Shown piece after piece: positions 25,423-40,467 of a DNA stretch of 64,000 bases. The notes below the pieces were generated by a model. It saw only the letters and a list, made by a program, of their open reading frames with translations. It did not search any database and was not told the origin of the DNA. The stretch's first letter is position 1, and each line of letters starts with the position of its first letter. The DNA is from Auanema rhodensis (taxonomy: Eukaryota > Animalia > Nematoda), in assembly GCA_964057225.1 (NCBI GenBank), contig OZ059900.1, forward strand, positions 19,778,001-19,842,000. The letters are read 5' to 3'. The translations under genes were made by a program, and so were the position numbers.

Positions 25423-28400
25423 AGCATAATAAAATATTTCTCATGGGAAATACTGTGTTTTTGTATTTTTCTAGTGTTCAGCATGTAAAATGCTTCCTTT
25501 TAGTATGTAACACGCTGAAATTCGTTGCATTTGACGACTCATATGAACAAAAATCGATTTAATCAATATTAGCCATAAGGGGCGTGCCCTCAGAATATGC
25601 TAATTTCCTTAGTTTTCTAACCCCTGTTTTTTTGTCGTGAAAGTGGAACTAGACGTTGTACGAACAATTTTGAGCTAGGTTTCATTGACATTGCATGAGT
25701 TTGAACACATGACATCGTAAGTCAAAACCTTGTTTACAGCGAAATTACCAAAAACTGGTTTTCCAGCATAATAAAATATTTCTCATGGGAAATACTGTGT
25801 TTTTGTATTTTTCTAGTGTTCAGCATGTAAAATGCTTCATTTTAGTATGTAACACGCTGAAATTCGTTGCATTTGACGACTCATATGAACAAAAATCGAT
25901 TTAATCAATATTAGCCATAAGGGGCGTGCCCTCAGAATATGCTAATTTCCTTAATTTTCTAACCCCTGTTTTTTTGTCGTGAAAGTGGAACTAGACGTTG
26001 TACGAACAATTTTGAGCTAGGTTTCATTGACATTGCATGAGTTTGAACACATGAAATCGTAGGTCAAAACCTTGTTTACAGCGAAATTTCCAAAAACTGG
26101 TTTTCCAGCATAATAAAATATTTCTCATGGGAAATACTGTGTTTTTGTATTTTTCTAGTGTTCAGCATGTAAAATGCTTCATTTTAGTATGTAACACGCT
26201 GAAATTCGTTGCATTTGACGAATCATATGAACAAAAATCGATTTAATCAATATTAGCCATAAGGGGCGTGCCCTCAGAATATGCTAATTTCCTTAATTTT
26301 CTAACCCCTGTTTTTTTGTCGTGAAAGTGGAACTAGACGTTGTACGAACAATTTTGAGCTAGGTTTCATTGACATTGCATGAGTTTGAACACATGAAATC
26401 GTAAGTCAAAACCTTGTTTACAGCGAAATTTCCAAAAACTGGTTTTCCAGCATAATAAAATATTTCTCATGGGAAATACTGTGTTTTTGTATTTTTCTAG
26501 TGTTCAGCATGTAAAATGCTTCATTTTAGTATGTAACACGCTGAAAGTCGTTGCATTTGACGACTCATATGAACAAAAATCGATTTAATCAATATTAGCC
26601 ATAAGGGGCGTGCCCTCAGAATATGCTAATTTCCTTAGTTTTCTAACCCCTGTTTTTTTGTCGTGAAAGTGGAACTAGACGTTGTACGAACAATTTTGAG
26701 CTAGGTTTCATTGACATTGCATGAGTTTGAACACATGAAATCGTAAGTCAAAACCTTGTTTACAGCGAAATTTCCAAAAACTGGTTTTCCAGCATAATAA
26801 AATATTTCTCATGGGAAATACTGTGTTTTTGTATTTTTCTAGTGTTCAGCATGTAAAATGCTTCATTTTAGTATGTAACACGCTGAAATTCGTTGCATTT
26901 GACGAATCATATGAACAAAAATCGATTTAATCAATATTAGCCATAAGGGGCGTGCCCTCAGAATATGCTAATTTCCTTAATTTTCTAACCCCTGTTTTTT
27001 TGTCGTGAAAGTGGAACTAGACGTTGTACGAACAATTTTGAGCTAGGTTTCATTGACATTGCATGAGTTTGAACACATGAAATCGTAAGTCAAAACCTTG
27101 TTTACAGCGAAATTTCCAAAAACTGGTTTTCCAGCATAATAAAATATTTCTCATGGGAAATACTGTGTTTTTGTATTTTTCTAGTGTTCAGCATGTAAAA
27201 TGCTTCATTTTAGTATGTAACACGCTGAAAGTCGTTGCATTTGACGACTCATATGAACAAAAATCGATTTAATCAATATTAGCCATAAGGGGCGTGCCCT
27301 CAGAATATGCTAATTTCCTTAGTTTTCTAACCCCTGTTTTTTTGTCGTGAAAGTGGAACTAGACGTTGTACGAACAATTTTGAGCTAGGTTTCATTGACA
27401 TTGCATGAGTTTGAACACATGACATCGTAAGTCAAAACCTTGTTTACAGCGAAATTACCAAAAACTGGTTTTCCAGCATAATAAAATATTTCTCATGGGA
27501 AATACTGTGTTTTTGTATTTTTCTAGTGTTCAGCATGTAAAATGCTTCATTTTAGTATGTAACACGCTGAAATTCGTTGCATTTGACGACTCATATGAAC
27601 AAAAATCGATTTAATCAATATTAGCCATAAGGGGCGTGCCCTCAGAATATGCTAATTTCCTTAATTTTCTAACCCCTGTTTTTTTGTCGTGAAAGTGGAA
27701 CTAGACGTTGTACGAACAATTTTGAGCTAGGTTTCATTGACATTGCATGAGTTTGAACACATGAAATCGTAGGTCAAAACCTTGTTTACAGCGAAATTTC
27801 CAAAAACTGGTTTTCCAGCATAATAAAATATTTCTCATGGGAAATACTGTGTTTTTGTATTTTTCTAGTGTTCAGCATGTAAAATGCTTCATTTTAGTAT
27901 GTAACACGCTGAAATTCGTTGCATTTGACGAATCATATGAACAAAAATCGATTTAATCAATATTAGCCATAAGGGGCGTGCCCTCAGAATATGCTAATTT
28001 CCTTAATTTTCTAACCCCTGTTTTTTTGTCGTGAAAGTGGAACTAGACGTTGTACGAACAATTTTGAGCTAGGTTTCATTGACATTGCATGAGTTTGAAC
28101 ACATGAAATCGTAAGTCAAAACCTTGTTTACAGCGAAATTTCCAAAAACTGGTTTTCCAGCATAATAAAATATTTCTCATGGGAAATACTGTGTTTTTGT
28201 ATTTTTCTAGTGTTCAGCATGTAAAATGCTTCATTTTAGTATGTAACACGCTGAAATTCGTTGCATTTGACGACTCATATGAACAAAAATCGATTTAATC
28301 AATATTAGCCATAAGGGGCGTGCCCTCAGAATATGCTAATTTCCTTAGTTTTCTAACCCCTGTTTTTTTTGTCGTGAAAGTGGAACTAGACGTTGTACGA

Positions 28401-29869
28401 ACAATTTTGAGCTAGGTTTCATTGACATTGCATGAGTTTGAACACATGAAATCGTAAGTCAAAACCTTGTTTACAGCGAAATTTCCAAAAACTGGTTTTC
28501 CAGCATAATAAAATATTTCTCATGGGAAATACTGTGTTTTTGTATTTTTCTAGTGTTCAGCATGTAAAATGCTTCATTTTAGTATGTAACACGCTGAAAT
28601 TCGTTGCATTTGACGACTCATATGAACAAAAATCGATTTAATCAATATTAGCCATAAGGGGCGTGCCCTCAGAATATGCTAATTTCCTTAGTTTTCTAAC
28701 CCCTGTTTTTTTGTCGTGAAAGTGGAACTAGACGTTGTACGAACAATTTTGAGCTAGGTTTCATTGACATTGCATGAGTTTGAACACATGAAATCGTAAG
28801 TCAAAACCTTGTTTACAGCGAAATTTCCAAAAACTGGTTTTCCAGCATAATAAAATATTTCTCATGGGAAATACTGTGTTTTTGTATTTTTCTAGTGTTC
28901 AGCATGTAAAATGCTTCCTTTTAGTATGTAACACGCTGAAATTCGTTGCATTTGACGACTCATATGAACAAAAATCGATTTAATCAATATTAGCCATAAG
29001 GGGCGTGCCCTCAGAATATGCTAATTTCCTTAGTTTTCTAACCCCTGTTTTTTTGTCGTGAAAGTGGAACTAGACGTTGTACGAACAATTTTGAGCTAGG
29101 TTTCATTGACATTGCATGAGTTTGAACACATGACATCGTAAGTCAAAACCTTGTTTACAGCGAAATTACCAAAAACTGGTTTTCCAGCATAATAAAATAT
29201 TTCTCATGGGAAATACTGTGTTTTTGTATTTTTCTAGTGTTCAGCATGTAAAATGCTTCATTTTAGTATGTAACACGCTGAAATTCGTTGCATTTGACGA
29301 CTCATATGAACAAAAATCGATTTAATCAATATTAGCCATAAGGGGCGTGCCCTCAGAATATGCTAATTTCCTTAATTTTCTAACCCCTGTTTTTTTGTCG
29401 TGAAAGTGGAACTAGACGTTGTACGAACAATTTTGAGCTAGGTTTCATTGACATTGCATGAGTTTGAACACATGAAATCGTAGGTCAAAACCTTGTTTAC
29501 AGCGAAATTTCCAAAAACTGGTTTTCCAGCATAATAAAATATTTCTCATGGGAAATACTGTGTTTTTGTATTTTTCTAGTGTTCAGCATGTAAAATGCTT
29601 CATTTTAGTATGTAACACGCTGAAATTCGTTGCATTTGACGAATCATATGAACAAAAATCGATTTAATCAATATTAGCCATAAGGGGCGTGCCCTCAGAA
29701 TATGCTAATTTCCTTAATTTTCTAACCCCTGTTTTTTGGTCGTGAAAGTGGAACTAGACGTTGTACGAACAATTTTGAGCTAGGTTTCATTGACATTGCA
29801 TGAGTTTGAACACATGAAATCGTAAGTCAAAACCTTGTTTACAGCGAAATTTCCAAAAACTGGTTTTCC
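25423..29869 (+). repeat. Higher-order repeat, 5 monomers (~1710 bp), ~3 copies
   Basis: The GACATCG+AATTACC monomer is at 25423, 27133, 28844, each followed by a GTAGGTC monomer (25765, 27475, 29186) and a GACGAATC monomer (26107, 27817, 29528). Confidence 0.88.
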
Positions 29870-30553
29870 AGCATAATAAAATATTTCTCATGGGAAATAC
29901 TGTGTTTTTGTATTTTTCTAGTGTTCAGCATGTAAAATGCTTCATTTTAGTATGTAACACGCTGAAATTCGTTGCATTTGACGACTCATATGAACAAAAA
30001 TCGATTTAATCAATATTAGCCATAAGGGGCGTGCCCTCAGAATATGCTAATTTCCTTAGTTTTCTAACCCCTGTTTTTTTGTCGTGAAAGTGGAACTAGA
30101 CGTTGTACGAACAATTTTGAGCTAGGTTTCATTGACATTGCATGAGTTTGAACACATGAAATCGTAAGTCAAAACCTTGTTTACAGCGAAATTTCCAAAA
30201 ACTGGTTTTCCAGCATAATAAAATATTTCTCATGGGAAATACTGTGTTTTTGTATTTTTCTAGTGTTCAGCATGTAAAATGCTTTATTTTAGTATGTAAC
30301 ACGCTGAAATTCGTTGCATTTGACGACTCATATGAACAAAAATCGATTTAATCAATATTAGCCATAAGGGGCGTGCCCTCAGAATATGCTAATTTCCTTA
30401 GTTTTCTAACCCCTGTTTTTTTGTCGTGAAAGTGGAACTAGACGTTGTACGAACAATTTTGAGCTAGGTTTCATTGACATTGCATGAGTTTGAACACATG
30501 AAATCGTAAGTCAAAACCTTGTTTACAGCGAAATTTCCAAAAACTGGTTTTCC

Positions 30554-33500
30554 AGCATAATAAAATATTTCTCATGGGAAATACTGTGTTTTTGTATTTT
30601 TCTAGTGTTCAGCATGTAAAATGCTTCCTTTTAGTATGTAACACGCTGAAATTCGTTGCATTTGACGACTCATATGAACAAAAATCGATTTAATCAATAT
30701 TAGCCATAAGGGGCGTGCCCTCAGAATATGCTAATTTCCTTAGTTTTCTAACCCCTGTTTTTTTGTCGTGAAAGTGGAACTAGACGTTGTACGAACAATT
30801 TTGAGCTAGGTTTCATTGACATTGCATGAGTTTGAACACATGAAATCGTAAGTCAAAACCTTGTTTACAGCGAAATTTCCAAAAACTGGTTTTCCAGCAT
30901 AATAAAATATTTCTCATGGGAAATACTGTGTTTTTGTATTTTTCTAGTGTTCAGCATGTAAAATGCTTCATTTTAGTATGTAACACGCTGAAATTCGTTG
31001 CATTTGACGACTCATATGAACAAAAATCGATTTAATCAATATTAGCCATAAGGGGCGTGCCCTCAGAATATGCTAATTTCCTTAATTTTCTAACCCCTGT
31101 TTTTTTGTCGTGAAAGTGGAACTAGACGTTGTACGAACAATTTTGAGCTATGTTTCATTGACATTGCATGAGTTTGAACACATGAAATCGTAAGTCAAAA
31201 CCTTGTTTACAGCGAAATTTCCAAAAACTGGTTTTCCAGCATAATAAAATATTTCTCATGGGAAATACTGTGTTTTTGTATTTTTCTAGTGTTCAGCATG
31301 TAAAATGCTTCATTTTAGTATGTAACACGCTGAAATTCGTTGCATTTGACGACTCATATGAACAAAAATCGATTTAATCAATATTAGCCATAAGGGGCGT
31401 GCCCTCAGAATATGCTAATTTCCTTAATTTTCTAACCCCTGTTTTTTTGTCGTGAAAGTGGAACTAGACGTTGTACGAACAATTTTGAGCTAGGTTTCAT
31501 TGACATTGCATGAGTTTGAACACATGAAATCGTAAGTCAAAACCTTGTTTACAGCGAAATTTCCAAAAACTGGTTTTCCAGCATAATAAAATATTTCTCA
31601 TGGGAAATACTGTGTTTTTGTATTTTTCTAGTGTTCAGCATGTAAAATGCTTCATTTTAGTATGTAACACGCTGAAATTCGTTGCATTTGACGACTCTGA
31701 TGAACAAAAATCGATTTAATCAATATTAGCCATAAGGGGCGTGCCCTCAGAATATGCTAATTTCCTTAGTTTTCTAACCCCTGTTTTTTTGTCGTGAAAG
31801 TGGAACTAGACGTTGTACGAACAATTTTGAGCTAGGTTTCATTGACATTGCATGAGTTTGAACACATGAAATCGTAAGTCAAAACCTTGTTTACAGCGAA
31901 ATTTCCAAAAACTGGTTTTCCAGCATAATAAAATATTTCTCATGGGAAATACTGTGTTTTTGTATTTTTATAGTGTTCAGCATGTAAAATGCTTCATTTT
32001 AGTATGTAACACGCTGAAATTCGTTGCATTTGACGACTCATATGAACAAAAATCGATTTAATCAATATTAGCCATAAGGGGCGTGCCCTCAGAATATGCT
32101 AATTTCCTTAATTTTCTAACCCTTGTTTTTTTGTCGTGAAAGTGGAACTAGACGTTGTACGAACAATTTTGAGCTAGGTTTCATTGACATTGCATGAGTT
32201 TGAACACATGAAATCGTAAGTCAAAACCTTGTTTACAGCGAAATTTCCAAAAACTGGTTTTCCAGCATAATAAAATATTTCTCATGGGAAATACTGTGTT
32301 TTTGTATTTTTCTAGTGTTCAGCATGTAAAATGCTTCATTTTAGTATGTAACACGCTGAAATTCGTTGCATTTGACGACTCATATGAACAAAAATCGATT
32401 TAATCAATATTAGCCATAAGGGGCGTGCCCTCAGAATATGCTAATTTCCTTAATTTTCTAACCCCTGTTTTTTTGTCGTGAAAGTGGAACTAGACGTTGT
32501 ACGAACAATTTTGAGCTAGGTTTCATTGACATTGCATGAGTTTGAACACATGAAATCGTAAGTCAAAACCTTGTTTACAGCGAAATTTCCAAAACTGGTT
32601 TTCCAGCATAATAAAATATTTCTCATGGGAAATACTGTGTTTTTGTATTTTCTAGTGTTCAGCATGTAAAATGCTTCATTTTAGTATGTAACACGCTGAA
32701 ATTCGTTGCATTTGACGACTCATATGAACAAAAATCGATTTAATCAATATTAGCCATAAGGGGCGTGCCCTCAGAATATGCTAATTTCCTTAGTTTTCTA
32801 ACCCTTGTTTTTTGTCGTGAAAGTGGAACTAGACGTTGTACGAACAATTTTGAGCTAGGTTTCATTGACATTGCATGAGTTTGAACACATGAAATCGTAA
32901 GTCAAAACCTTGTTTACAGCGAAATTTCCAAAAACTGGTTTTCCAGCATAATAAAATATTTCTCATGGGAAATACTGTGTTTTTGTATTTTTCTAGTGTT
33001 CAGCATGTAAAATGCTTCCTTTTAGTATGTAACACGCTGAAATTCGTTGCATTTGACGACTCATATGAACAAAAATCGATTTAATCAATATTAGCCATAA
33101 GGGGCGTGCCCTCAGAATATGCTAATTTCCTTAGTTTTCTAACCCCTGTTTTTTTGTCGTGAAAGTGGAACTAGACGTTGTACGAACAATTTTGAGCTAG
33201 GTTTCATTGACATTGCATGAGTTTGAACACATGAAATCGTAAGTCAAAACCTTGTTTACAGCGAAATTTCCAAAAACTGGTTTTCCAGCATAATAAAATA
33301 TTTCTCATGGGAAATACTGTGTTTTTGTATTTTTCTAGTGTTCAGCATGTAAAATGCTTCATTTTAGTATGTAACACGCTGAAATTCGTTGCATTTGACG
33401 ACTCATATGAACAAAAATCGATTTAATCAATATTAGCCATAAGGGGCGTGCCCTCAGAATATGCTAATTTCCTTAGTTTTCTAACCCCTGTTTTTTTGTC

Positions 33501-36500
33501 GTGAAAGTGGAACTAGACGTTGTACGAACAATTTTGAGCTAGGTTTCATTGACATTGCATGAGTTTGAACACATGAAATCGTAAGTCAAAACCTTGTTTA
33601 CAGCGAAATTTCCAAAAACTGGTTTTCCAGCATAATAAAATATTTCTCATGGGAAATACTGTGTTTTTGTATTTTTCTAGTGTTCAGCATGTAAAATGCT
33701 TCCTTTTAGTATGTAACACGCTGAAATTCGTTGCATTTGACGACTCATATGAACAAAAATCGATTTAATCAATATTAGCCATAAGGGGCGTGCCCTCAGA
33801 ATATGCTAATTTCCTTAGTTTTCTAACCCCTGTTTTTTTGTCGTGAAAGTGGAACTAGACGTTGTACGAACAATTTTGAGCTAGGTTTCATTGACATTGC
33901 ATGAGTTTGAACACATGAAATCGTAAGTCAAAACCTTGTTTACAGCGAAATTTCCAAAAACTGGTTTTCCAGCATAATAAAATATTTCTCATGGGAAATA
34001 CTGTGTTTTTGTATTTTTCTAGTGTTCAGCATGTAAAATGCTTCATTTTAGTATGTAACACGCTGAAATTCGTTGCATTTGACGACTCATATGAACAAAA
34101 ATCGATTTAATCAATATTAGCCATAAGGGGCGTGCCCTCAGAATATGCTAATTTCCTTAATTTTCTAACCCCTGTTTTTTTGTCGTGAAAGTGGAACTAG
34201 ACGTTGTACGAACAATTTTGAGCTATGTTTCATTGACATTGCATGAGTTTGAACACATGAAATCGTAAGTCAAAACCTTGTTTACAGCGAAATTTCCAAA
34301 AACTGGTTTTCCAGCATAATAAAATATTTCTCATGGGAAATACTGTGTTTTTGTATTTTTCTAGTGTTCAGCATGTAAAATGCTTCATTTTAGTATGTAA
34401 CACGCTGAAATTCGTTGCATTTGACGACTCATATGAACAAAAATCGATTTAATCAATATTAGCCATAAGGGGCGTGCCCTCAGAATATGCTAATTTCCTT
34501 AATTTTCTAACCCCTGTTTTTTTGTCGTGAAAGTGGAACTAGACGTTGTACGAACAATTTTGAGCTAGGTTTCATTGACATTGCATGAGTTTGAACACAT
34601 GAAATCGTAAGTCAAAACCTTGTTTACAGCGAAATTTCCAAAAACTGGTTTTCCAGCATAATAAAATATTTCTCATGGGAAATACTGTGTTTTTGTATTT
34701 TTCTAGTGTTCAGCATGTAAAATGCTTCATTTTAGTATGTAACACGCTGAAATTCGTTGCATTTGACGACTCTGATGAACAAAAATCGATTTAATCAATA
34801 TTAGCCATAAGGGGCGTGCCCTCAGAATATGCTAATTTCCTTAGTTTTCTAACCCCTGTTTTTTTGTCGTGAAAGTGGAACTAGACGTTGTACGAACAAT
34901 TTTGAGCTAGGTTTCATTGACATTGCATGAGTTTGAACACATGAAATCGTAAGTCAAAACCTTGTTTACAGCGAAATTTCCAAAAACTGGTTTTCCAGCA
35001 TAATAAAATATTTCTCATGGGAAATACTGTGTTTTTGTATTTTTATAGTGTTCAGCATGTAAAATGCTTCATTTTAGTATGTAACACGCTGAAATTCGTT
35101 GCATTTGACGACTCATATGAACAAAAATCGATTTAATCAATATTAGCCATAAGGGGCGTGCCCTCAGAATATGCTAATTTCCTTAATTTTCTAACCCTTG
35201 TTTTTTTGTCGTGAAAGTGGAACTAGACGTTGTACGAACAATTTTGAGCTAGGTTTCATTGACATTGCATGAGTTTGAACACATGAAATCGTAAGTCAAA
35301 ACCTTGTTTACAGCGAAATTTCCAAAAACTGGTTTTCCAGCATAATAAAATATTTCTCATGGGAAATACTGTGTTTTTGTATTTTTCTAGTGTTCAGCAT
35401 GTAAAATGCTTCATTTTAGTATGTAACACGCTGAAATTCGTTGCATTTGACGACTCATATGAACAAAAATCGATTTAATCAATATTAGCCATAAGGGGCG
35501 TGCCCTCAGAATATGCTAATTTCCTTAATTTTCTAACCCCTGTTTTTTTGTCGTGAAAGTGGAACTAGACGTTGTACGAACAATTTTGAGCTAGGTTTCA
35601 TTGACATTGCATGAGTTTGAACACATGAAATCGTAAGTCAAAACCTTGTTTACAGCGAAATTTCCAAAAACTGGTTTTCCAGCATAATAAAATATTTCTC
35701 ATGGGAAATACTGTGTTTTTGTATTTTTCTAGTGTTCAGCATGTAAAATGCTTCATTTTAGTATGTAACACGCTGAAATTCGTTGCATTTGACGACTCAT
35801 ATGAACAAAAATCGATTTAATCAATATTAGCCATAAGGGGCGTGCCCTCAGAATATGCTAATTTCCTTAGTTTTCTAACCCTTGTTTTTTTGTCGTGAAA
35901 GTGGAACTAGACGTTGTACGAACAATTTTGAGCTAGGTTTCATTGACATTGCATGAGTTTGAACACATGAAATCGTAAGTCAAAACCTTGTTTACAGCGA
36001 AATTTCCAAAAACTGGTTTTCCAGCATAATAAAATATTTCTCATGGGAAATACTGTGTTTTTGTATTTTTCTAGTGTTCAGCATGTAAAATGCTTCCTTT
36101 TAGTATGTAACACGCTGAAATTCGTTGCATTTGACGACTCATATGAACAAAAATCGATTTAATCAATATTAGCCATAAGGGGCGTGCCCTCAGAATATGC
36201 TAATTTCCTTAGTTTTCTAACCCCTGTTTTTTTGTCGTGAAAGTGGAACTAGACGTTGTACGAACAATTTTGAGCTAGGTTTCATTGACATTGCATGAGT
36301 TTGAACACATGAAATCGTAAGTCAAAACCTTGTTTACAGCGAAATTTCCAAAAACTGGTTTTCCAGCATAATAAAATATTTCTCATGGGAAATACTGTGT
36401 TTTTGTATTTTTCTAGTGTTCAGCATGTAAAATGCTTCATTTTAGTATGTAACACGCTGAAATTCGTTGCATTTGACGACTCATATGAACAAAAATCGAT

Positions 36501-39500
36501 TTAATCAATATTAGCCATAAGGGGCGTGCCCTCAGAATATGCTAATTTCCTTAATTTTCTAACCCCTGTTTTTTTGTCGTGAAAGTGGAACTAGACGTTG
36601 TACGAACAATTTTGAGCTATGTTTCATTGACATTGCATGAGTTTGAACACATGAAATCGTAAGTCAAAACCTTGTTTACAGCGAAATTTCCAAAAACTGG
36701 TTTTCCAGCATAATAAAATATTTCTCATGGGAAATACTGTGTTTTTGTATTTTTCTAGTGTTCAGCATGTAAAATGCTTCATTTTAGTATGTAACACGCT
36801 GAAATTCGTTGCATTTGACGACTCATATGAACAAAAATCGATTTAATCAATATTAGCCATAAGGGGCGTGCCCTCAGAATATGCTAATTTCCTTAATTTT
36901 CTAACCCCTGTTTTTTTGTCGTGAAAGTGGAACTAGACGTTGTACGAACAATTTTGAGCTAGGTTTCATTGACATTGCATGAGTTTGAACACATGAAATC
37001 GTAAGTCAAAACCTTGTTTACAGCGAAATTTCCAAAAACTGGTTTTCCAGCATAATAAAATATTTCTCATGGGAAATACTGTGTTTTTGTATTTTTCTAG
37101 TGTTCAGCATGTAAAATGCTTCATTTTAGTATGTAACACGCTGAAATTCGTTGCATTTGACGACTCTGATGAACAAAAATCGATTTAATCAATATTAGCC
37201 ATAAGGGGCGTGCCCTCAGAATATGCTAATTTCCTTAGTTTTCTAACCCCTGTTTTTTTGTCGTGAAAGTGGAACTAGACGTTGTACGAACAATTTTGAG
37301 CTAGGTTTCATTGACATTGCATGAGTTTGAACACATGAAATCGTAAGTCAAAACCTTGTTTACAGCGAAATTTCCAAAAACTGGTTTTCCAGCATAATAA
37401 AATATTTCTCATGGGAAATACTGTGTTTTTGTATTTTTATAGTGTTCAGCATGTAAAATGCTTCATTTTAGTATGTAACACGCTGAAATTCGTTGCATTT
37501 GACGACTCATATGAACAAAAATCGATTTAATCAATATTAGCCATAAGGGGCGTGCCCTCAGAATATGCTAATTTCCTTAATTTTCTAACCCTTGTTTTTT
37601 TGTCGTGAAAGTGGAACTAGACGTTGTACGAACAATTTTGAGCTAGGTTTCATTGACATTGCATGAGTTTGAACACATGAAATCGTAAGTCAAAACCTTG
37701 TTTACAGCGAAATTTCCAAAAACTGGTTTTCCAGCATAATAAAATATTTCTCATGGGAAATACTGTGTTTTTGTATTTTTCTAGTGTTCAGCATGTAAAA
37801 TGCTTCATTTTAGTATGTAACACGCTGAAATTCGTTGCATTTGACGACTCATATGAACAAAAATCGATTTAATCAATATTAGCCATAAGGGGCGTGCCCT
37901 CAGAATATGCTAATTTCCTTAATTTTCTAACCCCTGTTTTTTTGTCGTGAAAGTGGAACTAGACGTTGTACGAACAATTTTGAGCTAGGTTTCATTGACA
38001 TTGCATGAGTTTGAACACATGAAATCGTAAGTCAAAACCTTGTTTACAGCGAAATTTCCAAAAACTGGTTTTCCAGCATAATAAAATATTTCTCATGGGA
38101 AATACTGTGTTTTTGTATTTTTCTAGTGTTCAGCATGTAAAATGCTTCATTTTAGTATGTAACACGCTGAAATTCGTTGCATTTGACGACTCATATGAAC
38201 AAAAATCGATTTAATCAATATTAGCCATAAGGGGCGTGCCCTCAGAATATGCTAATTTCCTTAATTTTCTAACCCCTGTTTTTTTGTCGTGAAAGTGGAA
38301 CTAGACGTTGTACGAACAATTTTGAGCTAGGTTTCATTGACATTGCATGAGTTTGAACACATGAAATCGTAAGTCAAAACCTTGTTTACAGCGAAATTTC
38401 CAAAAACTGGTTTTCCAGCATAATAAAATATTTCTCATGGGAAATACTGTGTTTTTGTATTTTTCTAGTGTTCAGCATGTAAAATGCTTCATTTTAGTAT
38501 GTAACACGCTGAAATTCGTTGCATTTGACGACTCATATGAACAAAAATCGATTTAATCAATATTAGCCATAAGGGGCGTGCCCTCAGAATATGCTAATTT
38601 CCTTAATTTTCTAACCCTGTTTTTTTGTCGTGAAAGTGGAACTAGACGTTGTACGAACAATTTTGAGCTAGGTTTCATTGACATTGCATGAGTTTGAACA
38701 CATGAAATCGTAAGTCAAAACCTTGTTTACAGCGAAATTTCCAAAAACTGGTTTTCCAGCATAATAAAATATTTCTCATGGGAAATACTGTGTTTTTGTA
38801 TTTTTCTAGTGTTCAGCATGTAAAATGCTTCATTTTAGTATGTAACACGCTGAAATTCGTTGCATTTGACGACTCATATGAACAAAAATCGATTTAATCA
38901 ATATTAGCCATAAGGGGCGTGCCCTCAGAATATGCTAATTTCCTTAATTTTCTAACCCCTGTTTTTTTGTCGTGAAAGTGGAACTAGACGTTGTACGAAC
39001 AATTTTGAGCTATGTTTCATTGACATTGCATGAGTTTGAACACATGAAATCGTAAGTCAAAACCTTGTTTACAGCGAAATTTCCAAAAACTGGTTTTCCA
39101 GCATAATAAAATATTTCTCATGGGAAATACTGTGTTTTTGTATTTTTCTAGTGTTCAGCATGTAAAATGCTTCATTTTAGTATGTAACACGCTGAAATTC
39201 GTTGCATTTGACGACTCATATGAACAAAAATCGATTTAATCAATATTAGCCATAAGGGGCGTGCCCTCAGAATATGCTAATTTCCTTAATTTTCTAACCC
39301 CTGTTTTTTTGTCGTGAAAGTGGAACTAGACGTTGTACGAACAATTTTGAGCTAGGTTTCATTGACATTGCATGAGTTTGAACACATGAAATCGTAAGTC
39401 AAAACCTTGTTTACAGCGAAATTTCCAAAAACTGGTTTTCCAGCATAATAAAATATTTCTCATGGGAAATACTGTGTTTTTGTATTTTTCTAGTGTTCAG

Positions 39501-40467
39501 CATGTAAAATGCTTCATTTTAGTATGTAACACGCTGAAATTCGTTGCATTTGACGACTCTGATGAACAAAAATCGATTTAATCAATATTAGCCATAAGGG
39601 GCGTGCCCTCAGAATATGCTAATTTCCTTAGTTTTCTAACCCCTGTTTTTTTGTCGTGAAAGTGGAACTAGACGTTGTACGAACAATTTTGAGCTAGGTT
39701 TCATTGACATTGCATGAGTTTGAACACATGAAATCGTAAGTCAAAACCTTGTTTACAGCGAAATTTCCAAAAACTGGTTTTCCAGCATAATAAAATATTT
39801 CTCATGGGAAATACTGTGTTTTTGTATTTTTATAGTGTTCAGCATGTAAAATGCTTCATTTTAGTATGTAACACGCTGAAATTCGTTGCATTTGACGACT
39901 CATATGAACAAAAATCGATTTAATCAATATTAGCCATAAGGGGCGTGCCCTCAGAATATGCTAATTTCCTTAATTTTCTAACCCCTGTTTTTTTGTCGTG
40001 AAAGTGGAACTAGACGTTGTACGAACAATTTTGAGCTAGGTTTCATTGACATTGCATGAGTTTGAACACATGAAATCGTAAGTCAAAACCTTGTTTACAG
40101 CGAAATTTCCAAAAACTGGTTTTCCAGCATAATAAAATATTTCTCATGGGAAATACTGTGTTTTTGTATTTTTCTAGTGTTCAGCATGTAAAATGCTTCA
40201 TTTTAGTATGTAACACGCTGAAATTCGTTGCATTTGACGACTCATATGAACAAAAATCGATTTAATCAATATTAGCCATAAGGGGCGTGCCCTCAGAATA
40301 TGCTAATTTCCTTAATTTTCTAACCCCTGTTTTTTTGTCGTGAAAGTGGAACTAGACGTTGTACGAACAATTTTGAGCTAGGTTTCATTGACATTGCATG
40401 AGTTTGAACACATGAAATCGTAAGTCAAAACCTTGTTTACAGCGAAATTTCCAAAAACTGGTTTTCC
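30554..40467 (+). repeat. Higher-order repeat, 7 monomers (~2394 bp; first interval 9 monomers), 4 copies
   Basis: The ACTCTGATG variant is at 31698, 34773, 37167, 39560. It always lies two units after a GAGCTATG monomer and directly before a C49A monomer. Confidence 0.9.

Noticed and set aside
32591-32813. Three 1-bp homopolymer deletions within ~220 bp (also single ones near 28370, 38617, 59140)
   Set aside because: They are absent from the equivalent HOR copy (35339-36022) and each is a singleton in a homopolymer, so they are most likely consensus errors. The 1-T deletion repeated in four left-contig monomers is treated as real.
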